A program made the position numbers and the translations under genes. Below the pieces are notes generated by a model. It worked only from the letters and a program-made list of their open reading frames with translations. It ran no database searches and was not told where the DNA came from. From the NCBI RefSeq assembly GCF_044704955.1, contig NC_091986.1, positions 31,806,001-31,870,000 of the forward strand: a stretch of 64,000 bases of DNA, given 5' to 3'. The stretch's first letter is position 1. Each line of letters opens with the position of its first letter. The stretch comes from Pristiophorus japonicus. Taxonomy: Eukaryota. Of the stretch, positions 50,420 through 61,909 are shown piece by piece.

Positions 50420-50895
50420 TGGAGTTTGTGGCAGGGACTGAAGACAATGGCTTCGGTCTTCCCAATATTTATTTGGAGGAAATTTCTGTTCCTCAGTATT
50501 GAATGTCGGACAAGCAGTCTGACAATTTAGAGAGAGTCAAGTGGTTGAGAGAGGAGGTGGTGAGGTAGAGCTAGATGTCTTCAGCTTACAAGTGGAAACT
50601 GACACTGTTTTTGGACGATATCACCAAGGGTCAGCATGTAGATGGGAAATAGGAGGCGGCCAAGGATAGACCCTTGGGGGACACCAGAGGTAAAGATGCG
50701 GGAGCGGGAAAAGAAGCCATTGCAGGTGATTCTATGGCCAATAAATAGATAAGAATGGACCCAGGCGAGTGTAATCCCTCCCAGCTGGACGATGGTGGAG
50801 AGGCATTGGAGGAGTATGGTTAGGGCAACCGTGTTGAAGGCTGCAGGCAGGTCGAGAATGACGAAGAGGGATAGTTACATTTTTTCGCTGTCACA
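50420..50895 (-). mobile_element. L2-clade LINE RT fragment
   Basis: Minus strand SGVPQGSILG and a decayed SFHxYADDxQLY motif, then LNIGKTEAIVF. Confidence 0.75.
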
Positions 50896-50919
50896 ATTAG
50901 GAAAGCAAATGGTATGTTC

Positions 50920-52169
50920 GTGCTCCATTTTCACCAATTAACTGCGCTGTTTTTTTTGGTGTGCACCATTTTTTTTTGGAGTAAATTCAAATCTGCAAGT
51001 TTCCCCAAAATTTTTGCACCAGCGTAATTCATTTAGCTATGATTTTTTTAGGCTATGATTTTTTTTTTTACCTCATTGGGGCGTAACCTGCCACCCACGC
51101 CAATTCTGACTATTTATGCAAGTTTGGCCAACTACGATTTTTCTTATGACGGCGTATGTGTCCGCTCTGAAAAACCTTCTGCGCAGTTAACGAAATCAGC
51201 GCAGAAGATCCAGTTCCATGGCCAGAACAGCAGCGGGAGAGAGAGTGGCTAATTATAACCTCTTTCATTTACGGGTTCTGTAGTACAACTCCATTACTGT
51301 AACAATCTCTTTTTTGTCTTTAATCTCAAATTCACTTAAATCTGGGGCTTTTGGTCTGGTCTGTCCACCCTTTCGGTCTGGGCTAGGAGCGGCTCTGGCT
51401 CTGAGGAGGATGGGAGGCCTTTCGGCCTGGCTAGGAGCGGCACTGGGCACCAGCGGGGTGGGGAGGGAGGCAGGCCTTTCAGCCTGGGCTAGGAGCGACA
51501 CCGGGTACTGACGGAGTGGGGAGGGAGGCCTTTTGGCCTGGGCTAGGAGTGGCACCAGCTCTGGGGGGGGGGGAGGGAGGCCTTTCGGCCTGGGCTAGGA
51601 GTGGCACCGGATCGGGGGCGGAGGGAAGCCTTTCGGCCTGGGCTAGGAGTGGCACCGGATCGGGGGCGGAGGGAAGCCTTTCGGCCTGGGCTAGAAACGG
51701 CACCGGCTCCGGGGGGTGGGGGGGGGAGGCCTTTCGACCTGGGCTAGGTGCAGCACCGGGGCACCGGCAGAGGAAGGTGGGGTGGGGGATGGGGAGCCTT
51801 TCCATTTCAGTTTACAGGATAGACTTTTGTCACAAAGACATTTTTTTATATTTTCATGTTGGTAAGCTGCTGCCTTAAATAGCTGCAATGTGCAAGGTGC
51901 TTGTGCAGGTTGCTGTGAGCTGGCCAGAATGTCTTGTACGTTTCACATTCCAGCCTCAACCCACAGTGTGTCTCTCGTTACCCTGGCAACCCAATCTTTT
52001 TGCCGCACATCTTAGGCTTCACCCACAGAGCTTGAGGACAGTGTGCGTCGGGCCACATTCACAAATTAAAACGGGGAAACTTTCAATTTTTTTGGCATAG
52101 TCGGGCCCCAAAAATACAGGCGTAACTCTTCAAATACGCCAAAAAGTGGCATTGGGGAAAATTGAGTCC
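50920..52169. mobile_element. Harbinger-type MITE with an internal tandem array
   Basis: Degenerate TIR GTGCTCCATTTTCACC / GGGGAAAATTGAGTCC; interrupts CR1 at the KANGML codons. Confidence 0.65.
51370..51770. repeat. Tandem repeat, about 8 units of 48-57 bp with core AGGCCTTTCGGCCTGGGCTAGGAGYGGCACC
   Basis: Directly visible; two consecutive 48-bp units are identical. Confidence 0.9.
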
Positions 52170-52785
52170 ATGTTCTTTATTACAAAGGGATTGGAGTACA
52201 AGAGTAAAGAAGTCTTACTGCTATTGTATAAGGCCTTAGTAAGACCATACCTGGAGAACTGTGTACAGTTTGGTCTCTTTACTTAAGGAAGGCTAAACCT
52301 GCCTAAGAGGGAGTGCAACTAAGGTTCACCAGACTGATTCCTAGGATGAGGAGAGATTGAGTAGACTAGGCCTATATTCCTTTAAATTTAGAAGAATGAG
52401 AAATGATCTCATTGAAACATATAAAATTATTAAGGGACATGATAAGGTAAATGCTGGGAGGATGTTTCCCCTGGCTGGGGGATCCAGAACTAGGGTGATA
52501 GTCTCAGAATAAGGAGTTGGTCGTTTTGGACTGAGATGAGAAATTTCTTCACTCAAAGGGTTGTGAATCTTTGGAATTTTCTACCCCAGAGGGCTGTGGA
52601 TGCTCAGTCATGGAGTATATTGAAGGTAGAGATTGATGGATTTTTGGGCACTAAGGGAATCGAGGGATGTGGGGATAGAGCGGTAAGGTGGAGTTGAGGG
52701 AGAAGATCAGCTTTGACCTTATTGAATGGCGGAGCAGCTCAAAGGTCGGAATGGCCTATTCCTGCTCCTATTTTCACGTGTTCCT
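52170..52785 (+). mobile_element. CR1 3' fragment
   Basis: LYKALVRPYLENCVQF, RRMRNDLIETYKI, 3' tail. Confidence 0.85.
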
Positions 52786-53359
52786 AAAAGTGGAAGCATG
52801 TTAAAACACTGACATTTCTCAGCTTGAGCAGTACAAAGAAAAGGTGCTTTGTCGAATGCTATTTTTCTCTTGACAATAAGTTGCTATCTAAATTATCCAT
52901 CGTCTTATTATAGACCTTTTGTCGCTTTGAATCTGTGTATAATGAGTCTTTGAATGTAATAGCTGAAAAAAGGTTTTCTGGAAAGTCTCATAATATTAGA
53001 TAAGAGCATTACTTTTACTTCTGAAGGAGCTGTAAATTGTAGCGACGTTCTGCTTTTGATTTCAGGAAATAGGCTATCATGGTCTTCAAACATTTAAAAT
53101 CAGTTCCACATTAACTTGAGTTAATGTCAGGTACTTCAGTCTTTTTGAAAGTCGTGTATAAAATTTTAGTAACGTTAGTTTGTATATTAATTTGCATATT
53201 GCAATGTGGGTTTTTAGAACAGAAATACTTCTGCATAGGATTGCTCCTGATTACATAGGATACACAGCTGCTGAGGTATGTGAAACACAATTATTTAAAT
53301 ATATTGGTTTGCTTAATTAGTGATTATCACCCTTGGCAAACCTGTCATCTGCAGTATTA

Positions 53360-53605
53360 CATAGGTTAACATAGATTACACACGATATACAGTACAGAAA
53401 CAGGCCATTCAGCCCAACCAGTCCATGCCGGCGTTTATGCTCCACTCGAGCCTCAGCATAACCCTCTATTCCCTTGTCCCTCATATATGTTTGTCTCGCC
53501 TCCCCTTAAATGTATCTATACTATTCGCTACAACGAGCAAGTTCCACATTCTCGCAACTCTCTGGGTAAAGAAGACCCTTCTGAATTCACTATTTGATTT
53601 ATTGC
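53360..53605 (-). mobile_element. CR1 3' fragment
   Basis: GAAACAGGCCATTCAGCCCAAC...CCCCTTAAATG.ATCTAT.CTATTC. Confidence 0.7.
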
Positions 53606-54744
53606 GATACAACTACCCAGAGTTTTGGTAGAATTCACCACTTGCACTTTTGCTTGCAGTCCTTCATTAATTGATTTCTGCCGCAAGGAGTGATTGTGCA
53701 TTACAAATGAAAAAAGAACAGTCTGTCTTGCTGTATTCAAAGCTATGCATGGTAAATCAACTGAAAGTATACAAATGGAATAGAATCACAATCGAGAGTT
53801 TTTTTTATGTACTAATAAAATACAGAATAATCTAATAAATAAGGAGAGCCATTTAATTGAACATATTTACTTATAGCACCAAAGGTTTGCTGACGCAGAT
53901 GATTCTGTTTGTCAAGCAGCAGCAGTGCTGATGAACTGAAATAATTTAAAATAAATTTACTAGAACAAATAATTTGACTGCGGACCATTATAGACGTTAT
54001 CTGTTGTTAACAACTGAACTTGATATTGTTTATCATTGTTTTCCTGCATGTTTTCTGTTGATAAGCTAGAAATAAACTATTTAAAATGACAAACTGATCT
54101 TATTGCTATTACCCTTTACGTTGAAAAGGGAGCTTATGCCAGTGAGATAATGGTTTGTTGCAATGTATTTCATTTTATTAGCCTTTATTTTTTTCATTGC
54201 AAAAGTTTCTGAAATGTTTCTCATTCCTTCTGATCAGACCTTGTAATTAGCTGGCTTTTTGTGACATAATTAATGTGGGGAGGCGATATTGCTGCAGTTC
54301 TGGTGAGATAAGCAAATAATGATGCAGGTTTTACAAAGGAACCATGTCTAATAAAAAAAGCACATACATTTGCGAGCAAGAGACTGCTATTTAGCATCAG
54401 ATTTGGCCTAAAGTTGGGCCAAGGTTCTGCAGCATGCTGGAGAATCCATGGGCGAAATGGAATGCCACAGATCGATATCAGCCACCGAGTGCAGGCCATC
54501 ATCCTACACATAGCGGGAGAGGGACTGAGGAGAGTCATCATCGTGTACCCGGTTGCTGGCTCAAGGCTGTCATTGGCAGAGATCTGCCAACAGTTTGCTT
54601 GGGAGATGCATGACCATCTCAGATCAAGGGAAAGTGGGGAAAAAGATAGAAGAATGCAAATCTTTAAGCCAAAGGCAAACTTAAAATACTCCGATTAGAT
54701 GAATTTAAAATGTTTACCATAATGAAATGGTGAGCAAATGTATA

Positions 54745-55195
54745 TGGTTCCAGGGATGAGGGACTTCAGTTATGTGGATAGACTGGAGAAGCTGAGGTTG
54801 TTCTCCTTATAGCAGAGAAGGTTGCAAGGGTATTTGATAGATGTGCTCAAAATCATGAGGGTCTAGATAGTGAGAAACTGTTCCCATTGGCAGAAGGCTC
54901 GAGAACCAGAGGACACAGATTTAAGGCAGAAGAACCAAAGGCAACATGAGGACAAAACTTTTTTACGCAGTGAGTGTTTAGGATCTGGAATGTACTTTCT
55001 GAGAAAGTTGTGGAGGCAGTTTCAATCGTGGCTTTCAAAAGGGAATTGAATAAGTACCTGAAGGATAAACATTTGCTGGGCTACGGGGAAAGGGCAAGGG
55101 AGCAGGACTAGCTGACGTGCTCCTGCAGAGAACTGGCACGGGTTCGATGGACTGAATGACGGCTTCCTGTGCTGTATGCATTCTATGATTCTATG
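54745..55195 (+). mobile_element. CR1 3' fragment
   Basis: RLEKL.LFSL..RRL.G.LI, RTRGHRFK, TTCTATGA tail. Confidence 0.8.
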
Positions 55196-55989
55196 AATAT
55201 AATTTACATAAATTACTTTAACACTTTGATTTATTTTTGCTGTAAGAGACATCCGTGGAAATTTTACCATTAGCTATGTGTTGGCCTCTAATGCTTGACT
55301 GAATAAGACTCCATTGTCAGTGGAAAGGGTATTCTGCAATAGGACCTTCAACGGAATAACTTCAAAACAAACTTTCAAAACCCACAGAAAATTCCTTCAT
55401 TAAGTTGAAACCGCAAATAGAAAAAATCATTAAATTTTTATTGATTTCACATGAGCTTTGTATACTTTGAATGTACTTTTAGGCATGAGCCAATAATTAC
55501 AGTCTGAACATGAAGGCAATTGTTACAGATGGATGGACTTAGACACTTCCATAGCTGTGTCTAGAAAACACCTTCCTTAAAAAAATACTACATTAACTTG
55601 GACAACATTGAGTAAGGCTCCTTATGTGGGTTTTTGAATAACAGCAAAGCCTTTTAGGGGCGAATTACTCTGGTGCAGTAACACGATGAACATGTTCTTT
55701 TTGAGTGCTTTCTGATTTTGCTGCACATAGCAAACAGAGCACTTCTTCCCCTGTTATCTGTGATGTTCCTACAGCCCTCCTACTTCCTTCTTGAGGTCTG
55801 GAGAGAACCTGTTAAGAAACCTGAAGGAATAATTCTCCTCACAACTATGATTTTTACAGTGCTCACAATTCTTTTGGTGAGCTATTTTACCATCTTCCTC
55901 ATTTTTAGCTAGTTATGGATCGTAGAACTTGCCACTTCAATCATCCCTTTTATTCGGTCATTTCCTTTTATTTTCGATGAGCTGCTTTT

Positions 55990-56375
55990 AGAGGGTGACC
56001 TGATAAGATGTCTTTAAGACTATGAAAGAGTTTGACAGGTTAGATGTAGAGACGATGTTTCCATTTGCGGGTGAGACCAGAACTATGGGCCATAAATATA
56101 AGATAGTCACTAATAAATCCAATAAGGAATTCAGAAGAAACATCTTTACCCAGAAAGTGGTTCGAATATGGAACTCGCTGTCACATGTAGTAGTTGAGGC
56201 GAACAACATGGATGTATTTAAGGGGAAGCTAGATCAGCGCATGAGGGAGAAAGGAATAGAAGAATATCTTGGCTGTGTGAGATGAAGGATGAGAGGAGGC
56301 TTGTGCGGAGCATAAACACTGGCATAGATCTGTTGGGCCGAATGGCCTGTTTCTGTGCTGTAAAAGCTGTGTAAT
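55990..56375 (+). mobile_element. CR1 3' fragment
   Basis: FDRLDVETMFP...RRNIFTQKVVRIWNSL. Confidence 0.85.
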
Positions 56376-56779
56376 ACATTGCAGCCCCCTTTTCAGTACA
56401 GCAGTGTATACCAGCCACCGTGTCTAGTGCGCCATTATTTACTTCTTAAATCAGTTCTCGTGCGTCAGGCAAAATTGGAGCCGAAGTATTTGGTTGCAGC
56501 TTGTAAGAGCCGCATTAGAGTTAATGATCTCTGCTTCTGGAATAGAACTAGTCAGACAGTTAATGGGATCAATTTTCAAGTTGCCGCCCAGGCATAAAAC
56601 TGATGTTGCGGATCGCCCGGCAGTTATCGAAACTGTCCAGTTTTCATTAAGTTTTCATTTCTGTTGAAATTAAATTGGGCAATTTTTATAATGTGGGGGA
56701 TTAATCCTCAATTTGGTGGCAAGCTTAAATCTGCCTGTATATTTCAAACTGTGGCTAACAACGAGAGAGCCACATGTAA

Positions 56780-58023
56780 TGTTATCGCCCCATGCCGATT
56801 CCTTTGCGCCCCAAGGGGAAATTGCTCCGTTGGATGCGAGACTGGCATGGGGCATGTTGCAAAGCTGTCATGGCTGAGGCACCCCTGCCTGCCATTTTTT
56901 TTTGTCGGCTAACTTTGCTGTCGGGCCGACAATGATGACCGCTGGTTTGGCCAGGCCGCCAGCATGCATCCCGGCACCCCGTCGGCCAAAACCCTCCCTG
57001 GTGGCCGAGTGGACACCAATAAAGCGGCTGCAGTGTTCTCAGCAACCCACCCCTTTTAAAAGAAGGAGAATGGAGAAAAGTTTCAAAGTGCTGCAATACA
57101 GAGAGACTTGGGGGGCGGGGCGGCGGGGGGCGGTCCTTGTGCATGAAGCACAAAAAGTTAGCATGCAGGTACAGCAAGTAATCAGGAAGGCAAATGGAAT
57201 GTTGGCCCTTATTGCAAGAGGGTTAGAGTATAAAAGCAGAGAAGTCCTGCTACAACTGTACAGGGTATTGGTGAGGCCTAGAGTACTGCGTACAGTTTTG
57301 GTCTCCGTATTTAAAGAAGGATATACTTGCATTGGAGCCTGATCAGAAAAGGTTCACTAGGTTGATTCCGGAGATGAAGGGGTTGACTTGAGGATAGGTT
57401 GGGCCTATACACGTTGGTGTTCCGAAGAATGAGAGGTGATCTTATTGAAACTTATAAGATAATGAGGGGGCTCAACAAGGTGGATGCAGAGAAGATATTT
57501 CCACATAGGGGAAACTAAAGCTAGGAGACATAGTCTCAGAATATGGGGCCACCCATTTAAAACTGAGATGAGGAATTTCTTTGAGAGTTGTAAATCTTTG
57601 CCCCAGAGAGCTGTGGAGGCTGGGTCATTGAATATATTTAAGGTGGAGATAGACAGATTTTTGAACGATAAGGGAGTGAAGGGTTATGGGGAGCGGGCAG
57701 GGAAGTGGAGCTGAGTCCATGATCAGATCAGCCATGATCTTATTGAATGGCAGAGCAGGCTCGAGGACCAAATGGCCTACTCATACTCCAATTTCTTACG
57801 TTCTTATGAAGCGTCAGCGCGACTTAGCTGGGCGTGAGGCTCAATGCGCCAACACCACGCTACTGCCCCACGGAGACGAATCACACCTCCGATACTGCCC
57901 CGCACATTTTTTTCAGACAAAGTCCCCAATTCAGTGACATTTAGCGGCCCATCATGCCGGGCGCTAAATATTTATTTAATTCAAATTATGCACCCCATAT
58001 GGGGCGCGGGGCAATTTTGCCCA
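56780..58023. mobile_element. GC-rich MITE-like relic split by a CR1 (57063-57808)
   Basis: Right end GGGGCAATTTTGCCC; interior resembles the reverse complement of 32340-32545; left TIR not found. Confidence 0.45.
57063..57808 (+). mobile_element. 5'-truncated CR1 LINE
   Basis: VQQVIRKANGML...LYRVLVRP and a 3' tail TTCTTACGTTCTTATG. Confidence 0.9.
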
Positions 58024-58090
58024 CTAAATTTCTAACAGTTAACAGGAGCAAGTAGAACTCAATGAATAGTGTAAATACAAAAAAGGTTTG

Positions 58091-58324
58091 TGTTGTGTCC
58101 TTAAATGCTCTAGTAATGATTCCATGGGGCAGTGTGTTGTAGTTGAACTGTAGTGACCTTAGTCCTTTATTAGTTAACTTCAGAGTGAGGATCACACCTG
58201 GTGGCCTGCCTTTTATACTAGGCCAGGCACACCTGTACAGGTAACCTACAAGTCTCCCACTGCTGTGCATTCTGGTGGCACACCTTGTGATAGTACCAAC
58301 AGTAGCCGTGTAGGCTACATGACA
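58091..58324 (-). mobile_element. Solo LTR
   Basis: TG...CA termini; perfect 5-bp TSD GTTTG (58086-58090 and 58325-58329); minus-strand TATAAAA and AATAAA; U5 resembles the LTR of element 2. Confidence 0.88.
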
Positions 58325-58328
58325 GTTT

Positions 58329-58508
58329 GACCCTGAAATTCCATGGGTGACATTTTGGTCCCTCACTAACTCTGGTGGGACCGTGGCTGACCTCACTGGA
58401 CAATGGCGGAGATCTGGCTTAACCCGAGCTCGGCCAGGGCTCCACGGTTTCCTGGGGTTTCTGCCAGAATGCTGCCAAGACCGTGAATCATCTCTACAAT
58501 TTCAGACC
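58329..58508. mobile_element. Short MITE-like element
   Basis: Ends GACCCTGAAATT / AATTTCAGACC. Confidence 0.4.
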
Positions 58509-58509
58509 T

Positions 58510-59720
58510 TTATCTTTAACCAGGTATCAATAATTAGAGTGAATAATCCAAGAGTTTTCTGCTGGACCTGTGTATCTGGACTGAGTTAAAGCATAAGGCT
58601 CTTACTTGGTGCTATAATGAGATAGAGCTCGCATATCTGTCAAAATCTGCTCAATTATTACCACAGCATTATTGAGTGTTGTTCATTCCAGCTTTAAATC
58701 CTACTCCTTCAATGGTTTTTTCAAAACCAAACACTTCAAGAGGAGCTTTTTAATTTTCCTATATTACCACTGTGACTACACTTCAAAAGTGCTTAATTGG
58801 CTGTAAAATGCTTTGGGACACCCTGATGTTGTGTAAGGCACTATATAAATGCAACTCTTGTTCGTTCTTCAGTATCCTTGGATACTCTTCTGAGCACTCA
58901 CCTGTAGCCCTCTTCCATCTATATGCACCCCAAATTGTAGGAAATTCTTCAGATTGTTCTGGAATATTTGGTTGTTCCAATAAAACTTTAGCTCGCTGTG
59001 TGCCAAGAATCTGCTCTATAGGTTTTTGTTCAATAATGGCTCTTTTAATTGTTTTGAGGCTTTACCTACTTGTGTATCTGCCTTCAGGCTGAGCTTCCCC
59101 AATGATTCAGCAAACTTATCTAGTAACTGTGTGATAGAGACAAAGGGCATCTCTGGTTTGCTCTGAGTTAAGGATGGTGGAAGGGGAACTTAGAGCACCT
59201 GAGTTAGCGCGAGGAAAACTATCTCAAGATCTGTTCCCTGTCACTCTCCAGTGACTTCTGCTGGAAATGTGCATGTATGGCCATCAGGCAAAGGAAAGCA
59301 ATCCTTGGCTGCAATGCCCTCCTTGTACATTTGGATGGCTTCCTGTACACATCTGCAAAACTAACCGATGAATAATGATCATTTGGATGAGGTACCAGTG
59401 GTACCATATCCCAACAGGGAATCAACACCTGAGGCAGAGGAGGGGAGCAAATTAGCAAGAAAGCAAATTCATTTTTTTTTTTTTACCTGTTGTGCCTCTG
59501 AATATATACAGTTCTCTTCCACTGTTCCAATAAATTATGATAGCACTGAAGATCAAGATGAACAATTCTTACCTGTCGTTTTATATTTTTGATAGAATTT
59601 TTGTATTTCTTCCTGTGCAGTACAGAAATGACATCCACAGATAATGTTGGCGGCTGTATGGAAGTTCTCATCCTTATTGCTACAGAAATCATGAGATTTG
59701 CCTCCTCAGTTTAAAAAGGG
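58510..59720 (-). pseudogene. Candidate decayed retrovirus-like gag/integrase relic
   Basis: MHR-like LTQSKPEMPFVSITQLLDKF (59112-59171) in a long frame with scattered stops; downstream APLEVFG and SRYTGP..SWIIHS resemble a retroviral integrase C-terminus. Manual alignment only. Confidence 0.35.
58770..58865 (+). mobile_element. 3' tail of a Deu-type SINE
   Basis: GTGACTACACTTCAAAAG..CTTAATTGGCTGTAAA...CTATATAAATGCAA matches 26150-26240. Confidence 0.75.
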
Positions 59721-59809
59721 TATCCATGACCTTCTGACAAAGTTATGCTGAACAATTGGGAGAAACGCCAAAGGAATTCCAGATCTCCCCTCACTGCTAG
59801 CAGACATTA

Positions 59810-60434
59810 GGGGCTAAAAATTTGTTATAGCCCAGATTGAGGCTGTGACGCCGCCTGGTCGTTAAATTTAGCGCCAGGCGATGTATACCGCCTCCAACCG
59901 GGATATTCACTTTTAGCGGCCCAAGAGGGGAGTGAAGCGCTAAGGGAAGCATTCCACACCCCTATTAGGTGCTTTCTGGGGTGCTATCGTGGGAACGATG
60001 CTGAAGTTCTGACGCTAGGAAATCGGCATCTGAACGACTAAAGGGGAGGTCAGTTGGACCACCTGAAAAGCCAAGGCAGCTAAACAACAGTGTCCAGCGT
60101 CTAGGAGAGATGCATTAATGGGAAAAAAAATCATTTTAACAGCCCACCTGCTCCCACTCGGTTATATCACCCTATCAGCTTCTCCGTGACGCCTGCTTTC
60201 CCTGTCGGAAGTAGCGGCAGACGCGACAGCAGGCAAAAAGCAGTCAAGTTCATGACTGCAGTGCTTACAGGGGTGTTGCACACTCAGTGACATCACTGAG
60301 TGGGCGGCGCTAGCATGCGCAGCGCAAACTGTCAGCGCCGCAGCTGAACCTTTACTGACGTTCGTGGCAGGCACTGACAGTACGGCGCTAGATCCCATTC
60401 TTTCACGTCGAATATTGCCAAGATATCTAACTCC
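59810..60434. mobile_element. Degenerate MITE-like element
   Basis: GC/CpG-rich island starting GGGGCTAAAAATTT with a weak inverted end AGATATCTAACTCC. Confidence 0.4.
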
Positions 60435-60559
60435 AATTAGTAAATCTTGCATACCAATTTGCTGTGTTTTCTCAGCTTTCAAACAGGCAAGAGAGACAAA
60501 TTACATACAAAGGTAAATGATTACTGATTATAATAAAGGCCAATCATGTACAGTTTTCA

Positions 60560-60865
60560 TAGAATTATAGAATGATACAGCAGAGAAGGAGGCTATTCTG
60601 CCCATTGAACCTGTGCTGGCTCTTTGGTGGAGCTATCCAATTAATTCCACTCACCTTCAAGTATTTATACAATTCTCTTGAGTGTTACTATTGAATCTGC
60701 TTTCACCACCCTTTCAGGCAATGCATTCCAGATCATCATAACTTACTGTGTTTAAAAAAAAAAAAAATTGTCCTCATGTCATCTCTGGTTCTTTTGCCAA
60801 TCACCTTATATCTGTGTCCTCTGGTTACCGTTTCTTCTGCCGCTGGGAACAGTTTCTCCTTTTCA
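60560..60865 (-). mobile_element. CR1 3' fragment
   Basis: CATAGAA tail and homology to 21325-21650. Confidence 0.7.
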
Positions 60866-61909
60866 TAAGTTGATGGACAGTGTTGTGAAAATGAATCCCA
60901 AAAAGACCAGTAAAAATCCCAACAGGCTATATGTTAAAAATGCAATTTAATGTATTCATTCACTGCATTCAAGAGCCTGATGTGATACATGGCATAAACA
61001 CCCTATTGTTATAGAACAGCTTACCCTCTGATTCACCATGATCCAATTGGAGACTAGACTAGTCTTTACTATGTCTATTTGATATCCTGTTGCCATGTGT
61101 GACCCAGAACAATGAACCTCATCTGAAGAGAAGCAAGTACTACCCAGTAGTAAGCATATAAGACACAACAAGCTGTAGTGCAGCTTGTTGTAAAGGTAAT
61201 AGAAAGCCAACAGCTTTGAATCCATCTTCATGCGACTCACTGGTTGCGCCTGATTGTGACATTTTAAGTACAGAATAAGTCGTCCTGGCAACTCAAAATT
61301 CCTGCTCTGAAATGTCATCAGTCAACAGTAATAACAGACAGCATTTGAACTCTAGATAATGCTGTTATCTTCTCGAAATAAGAGACACAATCTGGACAAG
61401 TATTCAGTGGCAATATTTGCTTGACCTCAGTTAAATTCCAACAAGCAAGCCATCGATTTTGTGGAATATAGGGTCCTTGAGGCTTCAAGATCACTAAGTA
61501 AAACAAATTTTCTACTCGATAACAATGTATGTTCCTTTTCTACAGCTATACATGGAAAAGACACTTTTCCACAAGTGTGTTTTCATTTTGTCAGCACTTA
61601 CTGCACAGAAACCAAAAGCAAATGTACATTCAGATCTGCGCTCATGATTCAAAATAAGTATAGGAAAGCATCCTTATATTGAAGCATCTACAGACAGAGT
61701 ACTGAACTGATGGATCAAAAGGTTAACACTGGGTGTCCTGTGTCATTCTCAAAAAAAAAAACTCGCCAAAACTAATCTGTGCGGCTTTAGTCGATTTAGA
61801 TGCTTCATTTTAATTCCTAAAAGCTTACAAACATTCAAGAGTAGTCGAATATTATAGCACAGACACACTCTGCCAAGTCTGATGATTCAACAAAAGAAGA
61901 AATGATTCA

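Noticed and set aside
51370-51770. CRISPR-like repeat/spacer appearance
   Set aside because: The linkers are short, G-rich and mutually related, there are no cas genes, and the array sits in a eukaryotic MITE.
59429-59572. Strong-looking GT-AG intron on the minus strand, with another donor at 58901, suggesting a host gene
   Set aside because: The spliced frame hits stops soon after the acceptor. The sites could be chance or belong to a non-coding or retroviral transcript.
61165-61191. Perfect 11-bp hairpin (and an 8-bp one at 61553-61571)
   Set aside because: A stem of this length is not unexpected by chance in 64 kb, and there is no other RNA-gene signal.
60956-61506. Two adjoining minus-strand ORFs and a candidate exon at 61025-61122
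   Set aside because: No recognisable domain; cannot be told apart from chance without homology or expression data.
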